DNA of 64,000 nucleotides from Alphaproteobacteria bacterium (GTDB taxonomy: Bacteria > Pseudomonadota > Alphaproteobacteria > MPNO01 > UBA830), in contig OZ251539.1 of assembly GCA_965243135.1 (NCBI GenBank), positions 5,216,001 to 5,280,000 of the forward strand, in the 5' to 3' direction. Shown in pieces: positions 10,009 to 20,157 of this stretch. The position numbers and the translations under genes were made by a program. A model generated the notes under the pieces. It was not told the DNA's origin. It ran no database searches and saw only the letters and a list, made by a program, of their open reading frames with translations. Numbering within the stretch: position 1 is the stretch's first letter; each line of letters starts with the position of its first letter.

Positions 10009-10442
10009 GCTCTTCTCCCGGCGGAACTCGACTAACTCGGGTCGCGGGGAGCATACAGCGTTCCGTTCCGCGCGGACCAGCTTTCGCCTGTACGGGAGTT
10101 GCGGCCCGGCGGAGCGTCCGGGGACCGTCGTCAGTGACGGCCGCGCCCGCCAGCCAGGTCACCGGTTCGCCTCCAGCGTCGAACCAGGCCCGACGCGTTC
10201 CTCCGGGCGGCAACCGATGCAACCGTCGGTCTGGAAACGGCAGGGTGCGGCACATGACAGGGACCGAACGCTACACGACGTAGGCGGCTACGGGACCGCT
10301 GGCATCGACGGTCGCGCCCGCTCGCCTACGCAATCGGCTTTCCCTGTCGCGGGGTCGCGTGGCGAATAATCATTGCTTGAGGCGCGTCTGCGCCGACAGT
10401 CCGGCAAAGGCTACGGATTCCGCAACTTCGGTATCGGCGTCA

Positions 10443-11063
10443 TCAATGCGGGGCGACGGGCGGCGAAAGAGGCCTTCGGGAAAGATCCAGTTCCGTTTGG
10501 TAGCGAGGAAGCGCGAGCGCCATGCCAGGTCGCGAGGGTTCGAGGAACGTGATCGCCTCGTAAAAATCGTCGAGCGCCACGAATAGGCCGTTTTCCTCCG
10601 CCCATGCCCGCATCCGCGGGTTGGCGGAATGGGTCCATGACAGAATCTCGACCCGCCAGCCTCGAGCGTGCATTCGTTCGAGGGTTCGGTGGACGTCCTC
10701 CAGATATCCGTCGCCGTCGCCGGTCAGCAACACCGCGATTCCGGGATCGCGGTTGTAGTCCAGAGCGTCCTCCAGCATCCGCACCTGCAACGTCCTGTCG
10801 GGCACTTCCCGTTCGCCGGGAGCGCCGCGCAGGCAGGCTTCCACTCCTCCGTTCTCCAGGCGGTTCCACAGCTGGCGCAATTCCGGGGAGCCAACGGCCG
10901 TCGCTTTTTCCACGGGACGGTCAGCATGCGCGAGGCGCAGCAGGTTGTCGAAGCATATCCGTACCCGATAACGCGCATCGGGCCCTTCTTCCCGCTCTTC
11001 GGCAAGACGTTGCGCTTCGCGGAAAACGTTCGAATTGTCCCAATAGATGAAAACGCGATCCAT
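10443..11063 (-). CDS. NYN/LabA (PIN-fold) domain protein
   Basis: VFIYWDNSN, E..D and LLTGDG motifs; GWRVEILSW. Confidence 0.8.
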   Translation of the reverse strand: MDRVFIYWDNSNVFREAQRLAEEREEGPDARYRVRICFDNLLRLAHADRPVEKATAVGSPELRQLWNRLENGGVEACLRGAPGEREVPDRTLQVRMLEDALDYNRDPGIAVLLTGDGDGYLEDVHRTLERMHARGWRVEILSWTHSANPRMRAWAEENGLFVALDDFYEAITFLEPSRPGMALALPRYQTELDLSRRPLSPPVAPH

Positions 11064-11117
11064 ATTGTCCTCGAACTCTCACGATCGGCGCTTGCTCACC
11101 CGTGTAACCTTGGGTCC

Positions 11118-11255
11118 GGTTCTCCCGGTCTCGTGCCGCGCGCCGACATAACCGTTCCGCGTTCTGTCGTCGCGGCGCGAAGACAGGGCGGCGCAGCCCT
11201 CGGCGTCACGCTTCCGAACTCTCGAACGGCGAGCGCCGCCGCGAAAAAATTTCGA
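11118..11255 (-). repeat. Dispersed ~140-bp element, copy 1
   Basis: Reverse complement aligns to 56849-56991 (TTTTTTCGCGG-GGCGCTCGCCGTTCGAGA, CGCCCTGTCTTC, ACGCGGAACGGTTATGTCGGCG, CCGGGAGAACC). Confidence 0.85.
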
Positions 11256-11493
11256 CTCGCGGAGCGGTCATCTGCAGCCCGCAACTCAAGGATAGTTGCA
11301 CAGCAAGGAACTGCGAATCCGCCGCAACCATGCCGCGTCCCCCCATCGGTCCCGAAGGGCGCCTCAGGCGGGGTGGCGATCTCCATTGTGAGGTTAGCGT
11401 GAATCGGTCGATGAATCCAGACGCTGTCCGGCGGGCTCGTTATGGTTTTGGCTTGAGATTACGTTCTTATGGATAAACGGATGGCTGGCGGAC

Positions 11494-12688
11494 ATGAAGA
11501 AAGTTTCGAGACTCGGTCCTTCGCCCTTCAAGCCGGGTTACGGTGCCATACCCCCGGTTCTGGCAGGGCGCGACTACGAACGCGCGCGTCTCGGCGATTT
11601 CCTGGATTGTCTCGTTCGGAAGGAAGCGCCGGCGTCCGCCGTGGCCATATGGGGACCAAGAGGCAACGGAAAAACCGTGCTGCTCGCGGACATTCGCAAG
11701 AAAGCGATCTCCGCGGATCTGGACGTTGTCGATGTCCAGCCGGACCAACATCCTGAACCTGATCGTCTGAACGAGCTTTTCGTCCGCGTCGAATGGAAAG
11801 AGGCGGAAAAGCGACGGGGCAGGCGCACCGACATCCGAAGCGGTTTCGAAGCAAGTGCAGAAAGCAAGAGCACCAGCGCGGAGCCTGCGTTCGGTCTTGC
11901 GGAGTCGTTCGCGCGGCGCGCGCAGGAGAGGCCTTTGGTCATCCTGGTCGACGAAGCGCACACGCTTGAGCCGGCGGTCGGTCGCGCTTTGTTCAATGCC
12001 GAACGGAACGCCCGCAGCCGGAAGGCGCCGGTACTGCTGGTTCTCGCGGGGACGCCGGATATGGAAGACCGCTGCGACGAAATGAATGCCGGCTTCTGGT
12101 CCCGGCTCGGCGAAGGTGATATGCCCCTGAATCTGCTGGATCCCGCAGCTGCGGACGAGGCCGTTTTCAGGCCGCTGCGGGACGCCGGAGTGGACGTGGA
12201 AGGCGGTTCCGCAGTCGCTCGCGTGAGCTGCGACGGCTATCCTTATTTTACCCAGGCTTGGGGCGCCGCGCTCTGGCGCGTTGTCGGGGAATCGGGGGAA
12301 GCGCGGGTCGACGATGCCGTCGTAAGGACGGCCCAGCCGGCTTTCGAAAGAATCAGGAGTGATTATTACCGGCGCCGCTATGCGGAACTACGCAGGTGCG
12401 GCTTGCAACATTGCGCTTATTCCGTGGCGCTGCGGTGCAACGGCCTCGACAAGCCGACAGGGGATTTTTAACTCGGTGAGAGAAGGGTTGGAGGTCGCGA
12501 CCGGTTCGGCGAAATCCGCCGAGGTTCTTGAAGTCGAACGTCGGCTTCGGCACCTTGGAGTCGTCTGGAGGGCGGGGCCTGCGCAATGGACTCCCGGGAT
12601 ACCCAGTTTGTTGGGCCACGTGATCGCAGAATTCGAGGCCGAGCATCCGGGAGCCGCGCGAAGCCTCCGGGCTCGCGTTTCCGGGTAA
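11494..12688 (+). pseudogene. AAA/STAND-like ATPase, probably frameshifted near 12460-12470
   Basis: PFKPG..PPVLAGRD, Walker A GPRGNGKT, Walker B ILVDEAH, GYPYF; ORF stops at 12471 just after GGGGATTTTT, and a plausible C-terminus (LRHLGVVW...WTPGIPSL) continues in another frame to 12688. Confidence 0.65.
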
Positions 12689-13082
12689 GCCGCGCCGCGG
12701 CCTTCGCGACGGCGCCCGCCTTGACTGAAACGGCGCCCTTCGAGAAATACGGACGAGACTTCCGCGAGAGGCGGACGGGATTGCCCGTACCCGGAAAAGC
12801 GGGGCCGAGTTTGCGCCGCGTCTTCCTGGCGCAAGTTCCGGCCCGGGAGCGAACTCATCGCGCCGGGGCATGGGCCGGCGGCGGGACCTCTCCGGCGGAA
12901 ACGGTTTGCGATTTCTTCCCGTTCGGCGGGCCGCCGCGGCGGACGGCCGGCGCTCCCGCCCGCGGCGGTTTGCGTCGCCGGGAAGATTCTGCAAGGTTGC
13001 GCTGCGGGGTTCTCAGCGCGTCGGGCGGCCCCCGGCGCGTCCGGGCGGGGAAGTCTTCTTGCTGCGGCTGAAAGGCGGATCG

Positions 13083-14585
13083 ATGCGAAGCTTGGGACGG
13101 CGGAAAGTTCTGAAAGGCGCGCTGGCTCTCGGCGCGGTCTGGCCGCACTTGTTCGGTCGCGCTGCGGCGTCCGACGCCCGGCAGGCGTTTCGCGCGGCGC
13201 TGGCGGAAAAACCATGGCTGCTGGGCTGGCTCGGCACTTCCGAAGAGCTTCTGGCGGCGGACGACCTCCCCGTCGAGGGCAGGCTTCCCGGCGATCTGCA
13301 GGGCGTGTTCTACCGAAACGGTCCGGCGCAGCACGAGGTCGGCGCGCTCAGGTACCGGCACTGGTTCGACGGAGACGGAATGGTGCAGGCGTTCCGCATC
13401 GGCGACGGGAAGGTCTCCCATCGCGGACGCATGATCTCCACCGCCAAATACGCTTCGGAGCGCGCCGCCGGCGAGGCGCTCCAGCAGGCGTTCGGCACGA
13501 AACTGCCGCACAGGCCGCCTCCCGCCGCCGCCGACGACATAAACGTCGCCAACATCAATATCGTGAAGCACGCTGGCGAGCTCCTCGCGTTGTGGGAAGG
13601 AGGATCCGCCTACCGCGTCGAGGAGGGATCGCTGTCGACGCTGGGCGTCAAGACCTGGTCTCCCGAGACCAAGGGGGTGCCGTTCGGCGCGCATCCGCGC
13701 CTCGACCGCGACGGGACGCTTTGGAACATCGGCTACGCTCCGGTTTCGGACGCTTTGCTCGTCTTCGACATCGCGCCGTCAGGCCGGCTTCGCCGGGTCA
13801 AGGCGTTTCCGATGAAGCGCATGCCCATGATTCACGACTTCGCCGTGACGGACAGAAGCCTCCTCGTGCCGTTGCCGCCGCTGCGCTTCGACCGGACCCG
13901 CGGCGGCAGCTTTCTCGACCGCTTCGTGTGGGAAGGCGAGGAGCCGCTGCGCCTGCTGGTTCTCGACAAGAACACGCTGGAGCCGGTCCGGACCGTCGAA
14001 CTGCCGACTTGCTGGCTGTTTCATATTTCCAACGCATGGGAATCCGCGGATCGCCAGATCCATTTCGATTTTCCGCGTTACCGCGATTCCTCCATCGTCG
14101 CTGAAACCATGCGCGACATCATGACGGGCGAGTTCACCCACTTCGGGCTTCTGGACTACGCCCGCTGCGTCGTCGACGTTCCGGCCGGCGCGGCCCGCAT
14201 GGAGCGCCTCGACGGCGTGGAATCGGCCGAGTTTCCCCGCATCGATCCGCGAGACGGCACGGCGCGGCACCGGCATGCGCTTCTCGCGGCGTCCAGGGGC
14301 GGCGAATTCGGCACGTTGTTCGGCAGGATTCTGCGCGTCGACTTCGAGACCGGGAAGATGGACGCGTTCGCCTACGACGAGGCCGAGACAGCGGAGGAGC
14401 ATGTGGTCGTTCCCGGTTCGCGCGACGGCGAGGCGTGGATTCTCGGCACGACGCTCGATTTCGTGCGGCGCAGGACGGTGCTCAACGTCTTCGACTTTCA
14501 CGCGCTTTCGAACGGGCCGGTCGCGCGCGTTCCGCTCCCCTATCCGCTTCCGTTCGGGCTGCACGGGAATTTCATTCCGGCGTAG
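13083..14585 (+). CDS. Carotenoid/lignostilbene oxygenase (RPE65 family) with Tat signal
   Basis: YRNGP, HWFDGDGM, AHP, MIHDF, FH, EFPRID and FGLHGNF motifs; N-terminal GRRKVLKG. Confidence 0.9.
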   Translation: MRSLGRRKVLKGALALGAVWPHLFGRAAASDARQAFRAALAEKPWLLGWLGTSEELLAADDLPVEGRLPGDLQGVFYRNGPAQHEVGALRYRHWFDGDGMVQAFRIGDGKVSHRGRMISTAKYASERAAGEALQQAFGTKLPHRPPPAAADDINVANINIVKHAGELLALWEGGSAYRVEEGSLSTLGVKTWSPETKGVPFGAHPRLDRDGTLWNIGYAPVSDALLVFDIAPSGRLRRVKAFPMKRMPMIHDFAVTDRSLLVPLPPLRFDRTRGGSFLDRFVWEGEEPLRLLVLDKNTLEPVRTVELPTCWLFHISNAWESADRQIHFDFPRYRDSSIVAETMRDIMTGEFTHFGLLDYARCVVDVPAGAARMERLDGVESAEFPRIDPRDGTARHRHALLAASRGGEFGTLFGRILRVDFETGKMDAFAYDEAETAEEHVVVPGSRDGEAWILGTTLDFVRRRTVLNVFDFHALSNGPVARVPLPYPLPFGLHGNFIPA

Positions 14586-14636
14586 GCGGCGAGGCCGCCC
14601 TTCCGGACGCGCGCGCCGACGACGGGAGCTCTCGCC

Positions 14637-15167
14637 ATGGGCGACGCATCGGGGCCGTCGGTTCGGACCGTCCCTGACGGAGACAACCGGGAGCGCCTCG
14701 TCTGTCCGGATTGCGGTTTCGTCAGCTACGAGAATCCGAAGATCGTCGTGGGATCGGTTTGCAGCCTCGACGGGAGAATCCTGCTTTGCCGCCGGGCGAT
14801 CGATCCGCGCCGCGGCTTCTGGACCCTTCCGGCAGGTTATCTCGAACTTCGCGAGACGGCCGAGGAAGGCGCCGCGCGGGAAGCCGAGGAAGAGGCCTGC
14901 GCGAGCATCGATATCGAAGGACTGCTTGCGGTCTACGCCATTCCGAGAATCAGTCAGATTCAGCTGATATACCGGGCAGGGCTGCTGTCGGAGAGCGTCG
15001 CATGCGGCTCCGAAACGCTGGAGGTCGGCCTGTTCCGCTGGGACGACATTCCATGGGACGATCTTGCGTTCCCGTCCGTGCGCTGGGCGCTCGGGCACTG
15101 GCGCCAAGTCGCGGATGCGGAGACCTGGGCGCCGTTCTCCAATCCGGACGGCGAACGCGGGGATTGA
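14637..15167 (+). CDS. NUDIX hydrolase with N-terminal Zn ribbon
   Basis: CPDCG..YENP; Nudix box GYLELRETAEEGAAREAEEEA. Confidence 0.9.
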   Translation: MGDASGPSVRTVPDGDNRERLVCPDCGFVSYENPKIVVGSVCSLDGRILLCRRAIDPRRGFWTLPAGYLELRETAEEGAAREAEEEACASIDIEGLLAVYAIPRISQIQLIYRAGLLSESVACGSETLEVGLFRWDDIPWDDLAFPSVRWALGHWRQVADAETWAPFSNPDGERGD

Positions 15168-15246
15168 CGGAAACGAGGGCCGCGGCTTTTCTCGCTTGCG
15201 GGCTCCGGAATTTTAGCCGCCCGCCGCGGCGCGGCAAAATAGGCCG

Positions 15247-16161
15247 TTACGCCCGGAGTTCCGCGGGAGGGAAAACCCCGGCCTTGCCGACCATCGCCGG
15301 AACCGGATGGCCCAGCCGTTCGCCGATCCATTCGCCGGCCGCGATGAGCCGGTCAAGATCGATGCCGGTTTCGTATCCCATCCGGTGCAGCATGTAGACG
15401 AGATCCTCGGAGGGCACGTTGCCGGTCGCCCGCGGAGCGAACGGGCACCCGCCGATGCCGCCCGCCGAAGCGTCGAGCGACCGCACGCCGGCCTCGATCG
15501 CCGCGCAGCAGTTGGCCAGTCCGGTGTTGCGGGTGTTGTGGAAATGCGCGCGAAAGCGCGCCGTCGGCACCTTTTCCATGATCGCGCCGAACAGATCCGC
15601 GACCTGGCTGGGCACCGCGCAACCGATGGTGTCCGCCAGCCCGATCTCGAAAGGGTCCTCCTCCGCGCAGCGTTCCGCGAGGCCGACCACGCGTTCGGGC
15701 GGCACCTCGCCCTGGAACGGGCAGCCGAAAGCGGTGGAGATCGTGAGCGAACAGCGCACGTTCGCCGACCTGGCGGTCCTCGAAATGTCCTTCCAGACCT
15801 CGACGCCCTGTTCGATGGTCGTGCCCTGGTTTCTCTGGCTGAACGCATCGGAGGCGACGAGAGCGTAGGTCACTTCCCGGCAGCCCGCCGCGATAGCCCG
15901 GTCCAACCCGCGCCGGTTGAGCGCCAGGCCGATGTAGGTCGCTTCGCCGCCGAGGCCCGCCAGCACGTCTTCCGCGTTCGCCATCTGCGGAACGCGCTTC
16001 GGGTTGACGAAGCTTGCCGCTTCGAGGCGGCGGATTCCGGCGTCGACCAGCTTGCGGATGAACGCGATCCTGACGTCGACGCCGAGCGTGACGGACTCGT
16101 TCTGCAGGCCGTCGCGGGGGCCGACGTCGACGATTTCGACGGCCCCGCGGAGAGCGTTCAC
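15247..16161 (-). CDS. Hydroxymethylglutaryl-CoA lyase
   Basis: DVGPRDGLQNE, HFHNT and GGCPFAPRATGNV motifs; GTG start with GGAGG SD. Confidence 0.9.
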   Translation of the reverse strand: MNALRGAVEIVDVGPRDGLQNESVTLGVDVRIAFIRKLVDAGIRRLEAASFVNPKRVPQMANAEDVLAGLGGEATYIGLALNRRGLDRAIAAGCREVTYALVASDAFSQRNQGTTIEQGVEVWKDISRTARSANVRCSLTISTAFGCPFQGEVPPERVVGLAERCAEEDPFEIGLADTIGCAVPSQVADLFGAIMEKVPTARFRAHFHNTRNTGLANCCAAIEAGVRSLDASAGGIGGCPFAPRATGNVPSEDLVYMLHRMGYETGIDLDRLIAAGEWIGERLGHPVPAMVGKAGVFPPAELRA

Positions 16162-16291
16162 GATCCTGCCTCCCGGCGTTGTTTCGCCCGCGATCATAGG
16201 GCGGTTCACGCGGCAAGGGAAACGAAGGCGGCGGACTTGACCCGTTCCCCGCGCTCCCGAAAATGGGTTCCGAGAAAGGGAGGAGGGGCGG

Positions 16292-17500
16292 ATGGGCACG
16301 GCGACCCGCGCGGGACCGCTTTCCGACATTCGGGCGATCGAAATGGGAACCATGATCGCGGGGCCGTTCTGCGGGCAGTTGCTCGCGGATCACGGCGCGG
16401 AGGTCATCAAGCTCGAACAGCCCGGGGTCGGCGATCCCATGCGCGAATGGGGCAGGGAGAAGCCGCACGGCAAGGCGCTTTTCTGGCCGGTGCTCGCGCG
16501 AAACAAGCTGTCGGCGACTCTCAACGCGCGCGAGGCGGACGGCCAGGCTCTGGTTCGAAAGCTGGTCGAGAACGCCGACATTCTCCTCGAAAACTTTCGT
16601 CCCGGAACCATGGAGCGATGGGGCCTCGGCTACGAGGAGCTTTCCGCGATCAATCCGCGGCTGATCATGATCCGGGTCTCCGGCTTCGGACAGACGGGTC
16701 CCTATGCCGGCCGCGCCGGCTACGGCGCCATCGGCGAGGCGATGGGCGGGTTGCGGTACACCACCGGCGATCCGTCGCTGCCGCCGAGCAGGGCCGGCAT
16801 ATCCATCGGCGACTCGCTCGCGGCGGTCCATGCCTGCCTCGGCGCAGCGATGGCGCTTCATCAGGTCCGGCTCACCGGCCGCGGACAGGTGATCGACGCG
16901 TCCATCTACGAGTCCGTCCTCAACATGATGGAGAGCCTGGTCATCGATTACGACGCCGGCGGATACGTCCGCGAACGCACCGGTTCGTTCCTGCCCAGGA
17001 TCGCGCCCTCCAACGTGTATCCCACGTCCGACGGCATCTGGCTGGTGATCGGCGCGAACCAGGACTCCGTCTGGGCGCGCATGGCCGAGGCGATGGGGCG
17101 TCCCGAACTGGCGACGGACGAACGTTACGCCACGCATACGGCGCGCGGCCTCAACCAGGCGGAGCTGGACGAACTGATTTCCGAGTGGACGGCAGGCTTC
17201 GCGGCGCGCGATCTCGAAGCGCGCCTGGACGAGTACGGGATTCCCAACGGCAAGATCTACCGCGCCCCAGAGATGCTGGAGGATCCGCAGTTCAAGGCGC
17301 GCGACAGCATCGTCCGGGTCCGGCATCCGGAATACGGCGAGGTGGCGATGCAGAACGTCGCGCCGCGGCTGTCGCGGACGCCGGGCGCGGTCCGGCACGC
17401 CGGCCCGTCGCTCGGCGAGCACAACGATTACGTCTGGGGCGAGCTGGCGGGGCTGCCTGCGGACCGGAGGGCGGAATTGAAGGAGCGGGGCGTCATCTGA
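16292..17500 (+). CDS. CaiB/BaiF family CoA-transferase
   Basis: IAGPFCG, GAEVIKLE, ENFRPG and SGFGQTGP motifs. Confidence 0.92.
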   Translation: MGTATRAGPLSDIRAIEMGTMIAGPFCGQLLADHGAEVIKLEQPGVGDPMREWGREKPHGKALFWPVLARNKLSATLNAREADGQALVRKLVENADILLENFRPGTMERWGLGYEELSAINPRLIMIRVSGFGQTGPYAGRAGYGAIGEAMGGLRYTTGDPSLPPSRAGISIGDSLAAVHACLGAAMALHQVRLTGRGQVIDASIYESVLNMMESLVIDYDAGGYVRERTGSFLPRIAPSNVYPTSDGIWLVIGANQDSVWARMAEAMGRPELATDERYATHTARGLNQAELDELISEWTAGFAARDLEARLDEYGIPNGKIYRAPEMLEDPQFKARDSIVRVRHPEYGEVAMQNVAPRLSRTPGAVRHAGPSLGEHNDYVWGELAGLPADRRAELKERGVI

Positions 17501-17722
17501 TGCGGAACGCCGGGCGGCAGGTCGAAGCCCGGGGCCTGCGTCCTGCGCGGGCCGCCTGTCGCGCGGCCGCCGGGCGCGCTTTCGTTCGGTCGGCGGAACG
17601 GGTTTTCGAAAGCGTCCGCCGCGAAGCCTGCCGCTTCCGGCTTTCCGGGCAGGCGACGGCCGCGGCGCCGCGCGTTCGGAAGCGGAAAGTCCCGGGATCC
17701 GCGACGTTCGCCGGAAGAGGCC

Positions 17723-18679
17723 ATGGCGGATTCTGAAGTTCGCGCGGCCCTGATTCCCGACGACGAGAAACGCCTTCGCCGCGCCGCGCGGCGACTCGTG
17801 CGGCGCACCCCCGGGCTGCGGGCCATCGTGCTGTACGGATCGCGCGCCAGAGGGGACTGCCGCCAGGACAGCGATTGGGATCTCGCGTTCGTCGTCGACG
17901 GCGCAGGGGACATGGCGGCGGCGAAACGGGCGTTGCGCGCGGCTCTGCCGGAAATGAAGCTTCAGGTGCTGCAGCTGTCGCTCGGCGAACTGAACCGGAA
18001 AGCGAACGCGCTGGGAAACGTCGCCTGTCCGATCGCGCGCGAGGGCTGCCTTGTCGCCGGGGAATGGGAGCGTCCGAACCTGCTCGAGGAGCCGACCATG
18101 AAAGCGGAGGAGTACAGCTCGCACGTGGAATTGGCCAGCGGCGCGCTGAACGAAGCTGTTCGCGCCCTGGCGGGGCTGTCGGACGCCGACAGGGCGATGC
18201 GGAATCTCGGGCGGCTGGTTGGGTGCTCGACGGACGCGGCCGAATACCTGGTCAAAGCCATGCTGGGGCGGATCGAGGGCAAGTTCAGAAGAAGCTGCGA
18301 TCTGACGGAACTGGCAGGGGAGTTCTCCAGTGCAGAGTTGCGCGCGCAGGTCCACGCGCTGAACGACGGAACGGATCGTAAGGCCGGATATTTCGTCGCG
18401 CCCGGGAAAGGCGCCGCCGGTTACGCGAGTCGGCGGGTGGCCCTGACGCTCGCCCTGTTGGTTCAGGAACTGGACCGGGCCGGCGCGGCAATGGCCGAGG
18501 TCATGCCCGGCCTGCTCCGAACAGCGGCGAAGGACCTGACCGAGGCTGCCGAAATCCTGAGGTCCGCGGACGTTCCGTCCGATTGCGCCGCCGACGAGGG
18601 CCTGCGCTCCGAGGTCCTCGCCGCTCTGGACGAGGCCCTCTCGCGGCTGCGGTCGGTCGGCTCGGGGCCGGTACGGTAG
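17723..18679 (+). CDS. Minimal nucleotidyltransferase with HEPN-like helical C-terminal domain
   Basis: LYGSRARGD...DSDWDL NTase motif; AAEYLVKAML...DLTELA resembles HEPN helices. Confidence 0.7.
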   Translation: MADSEVRAALIPDDEKRLRRAARRLVRRTPGLRAIVLYGSRARGDCRQDSDWDLAFVVDGAGDMAAAKRALRAALPEMKLQVLQLSLGELNRKANALGNVACPIAREGCLVAGEWERPNLLEEPTMKAEEYSSHVELASGALNEAVRALAGLSDADRAMRNLGRLVGCSTDAAEYLVKAMLGRIEGKFRRSCDLTELAGEFSSAELRAQVHALNDGTDRKAGYFVAPGKGAAGYASRRVALTLALLVQELDRAGAAMAEVMPGLLRTAAKDLTEAAEILRSADVPSDCAADEGLRSEVLAALDEALSRLRSVGSGPVR

Positions 18680-19092
18680 GCGGCCTCGCCGGGCCGCCGC
18701 GGCGCTTTCGCAGGACTTGGGAGAGCGCGTTCGCGGACGGGCCGTTCCTGCCCGTGAGCGCTTTCGCCGGAAGCCGGCTTGCGCTCGGCGCGAATCGGAC
18801 ATCCGGCGCGGCCGAGGAGCCCGTCGACCGTCCACGCTCGGGCACCGTGGAGGGTCGCGGCGGTCGCGAACCGCCTCAAGCGCCGCGCGGCGCTCCAGGC
18901 GTTCGCCGAAATAGCCTGCAGCGGCGGCGCCTGAAAATCTTCCGCGCCCGGCGGCGTCACATCCCGAACGACGCGGTCCGCCGGGCACGCCGGCGTTGTC
19001 GGGGAGGCCGTCGCGCCCGGCTCGGCCGTTCGGGCTTCCGGGCGAGCGCCCGCAAGTTGTAGGATGGCGGCGACGTTGGCTGGAGGGCGCGC

Positions 19093-20157
19093 GTGGACGC
19101 TGGTTTCGCTTCGACGCGGGAAGAGGATCCCGCGCCCATCCAATTCGCCGGTCGGGCGAGCGAGTATTTCGGAATCTGGATCGCCAACGTCGCGTTGAGC
19201 ATCGTCACCATCGGCGTCTATTCGGCCTGGGCCAAGGTCCGCAGCCGCCGCTACTTCCTGGGGAACACGGTCGTTCTCGGCGACCGGATGGATTACCACG
19301 CGACGGGGACGGCGATCCTCAAGGGACGCATCCTGGCGGCGGTCGCGGTCGCCGCCTATTTCGCGCTCTACCATGCGGACCCCTGGGCGCCGGTCGCCGT
19401 TGCCGTCGGATTGCTGCCGGTTTATCCGTGGATCATCAATCGGTCCATGAAGTTCAACGCCCGCATGACCTCGTGGCGCAACGTCCGTTTCGACTGGCAC
19501 GGCGGGTATTGGGGCGTCGCGAAAATTTACTTCTTCTGGCCGTTGGTCTCCGCGCTTACGCTCGGCATCCTCGCGCCCGTGGCCGCCCGCCGCGTTCGCG
19601 AATACCTCGCCAATCACTACGCTTTCGGGCGCGAACGCTTCGCCGCCGCGACTCCGTTGCGTCCGTATTACAGCGCGTTCGCCAAGGCGGCGGCGCTCGG
19701 CATCGGAACGGCCGTGGTTGCCCTTGCCGCGGGGTTGGTCGCGGCGATGCAGATGGCCGCCCTTCGGAAGGCGGGGCTGGGGCCGTTCCCGACGGAAGGC
19801 GCCATCGTCGGACTCCTTCTGGGCGGACTGGTCACGTTCGTCCCGGCGACGTATTTCGGGATCGCCGCCCGAAACATTCTGGTCAACGCGCTGACCCTCG
19901 GCGAGGCCGCGCGGTTTCGTTCGGCGATCGTCCCGCTCCGGTACGTCTGGATTCTCTTCACCAATTTCCTCGCGGTCGTTTTCACCGCGACGCTGTTGTA
20001 TCCGTGGGCGCGGGTCCGGCGATACCGCTATCAGGCCGAATGCACCGCGGTCGCGCTCCTCGCCCCGGACGCCGCGTTTCTGGACGTCCGGACGCGCGCA
20101 GGGGGCGCCGCGGGCGAGGAGCTGGGCGCGATCGCGGGCGTCGAGATCGGATTGTGA
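19093..20157 (+). CDS. YjgN/DUF898 family membrane protein
   Basis: FAGRASEYFGIWIANVALSIVTIGVYSAWAKVR signature; multiple transmembrane segments. Confidence 0.88.
   Translation: MDAGFASTREEDPAPIQFAGRASEYFGIWIANVALSIVTIGVYSAWAKVRSRRYFLGNTVVLGDRMDYHATGTAILKGRILAAVAVAAYFALYHADPWAPVAVAVGLLPVYPWIINRSMKFNARMTSWRNVRFDWHGGYWGVAKIYFFWPLVSALTLGILAPVAARRVREYLANHYAFGRERFAAATPLRPYYSAFAKAAALGIGTAVVALAAGLVAAMQMAALRKAGLGPFPTEGAIVGLLLGGLVTFVPATYFGIAARNILVNALTLGEAARFRSAIVPLRYVWILFTNFLAVVFTATLLYPWARVRRYRYQAECTAVALLAPDAAFLDVRTRAGGAAGEELGAIAGVEIGL

Noticed and set aside
15307-18988. Very long antisense or alternative-frame ORFs (809 and 1211 aa; similar ones elsewhere)
   Set aside because: Arg/Pro/Gly-rich shadows of real genes in high-GC DNA
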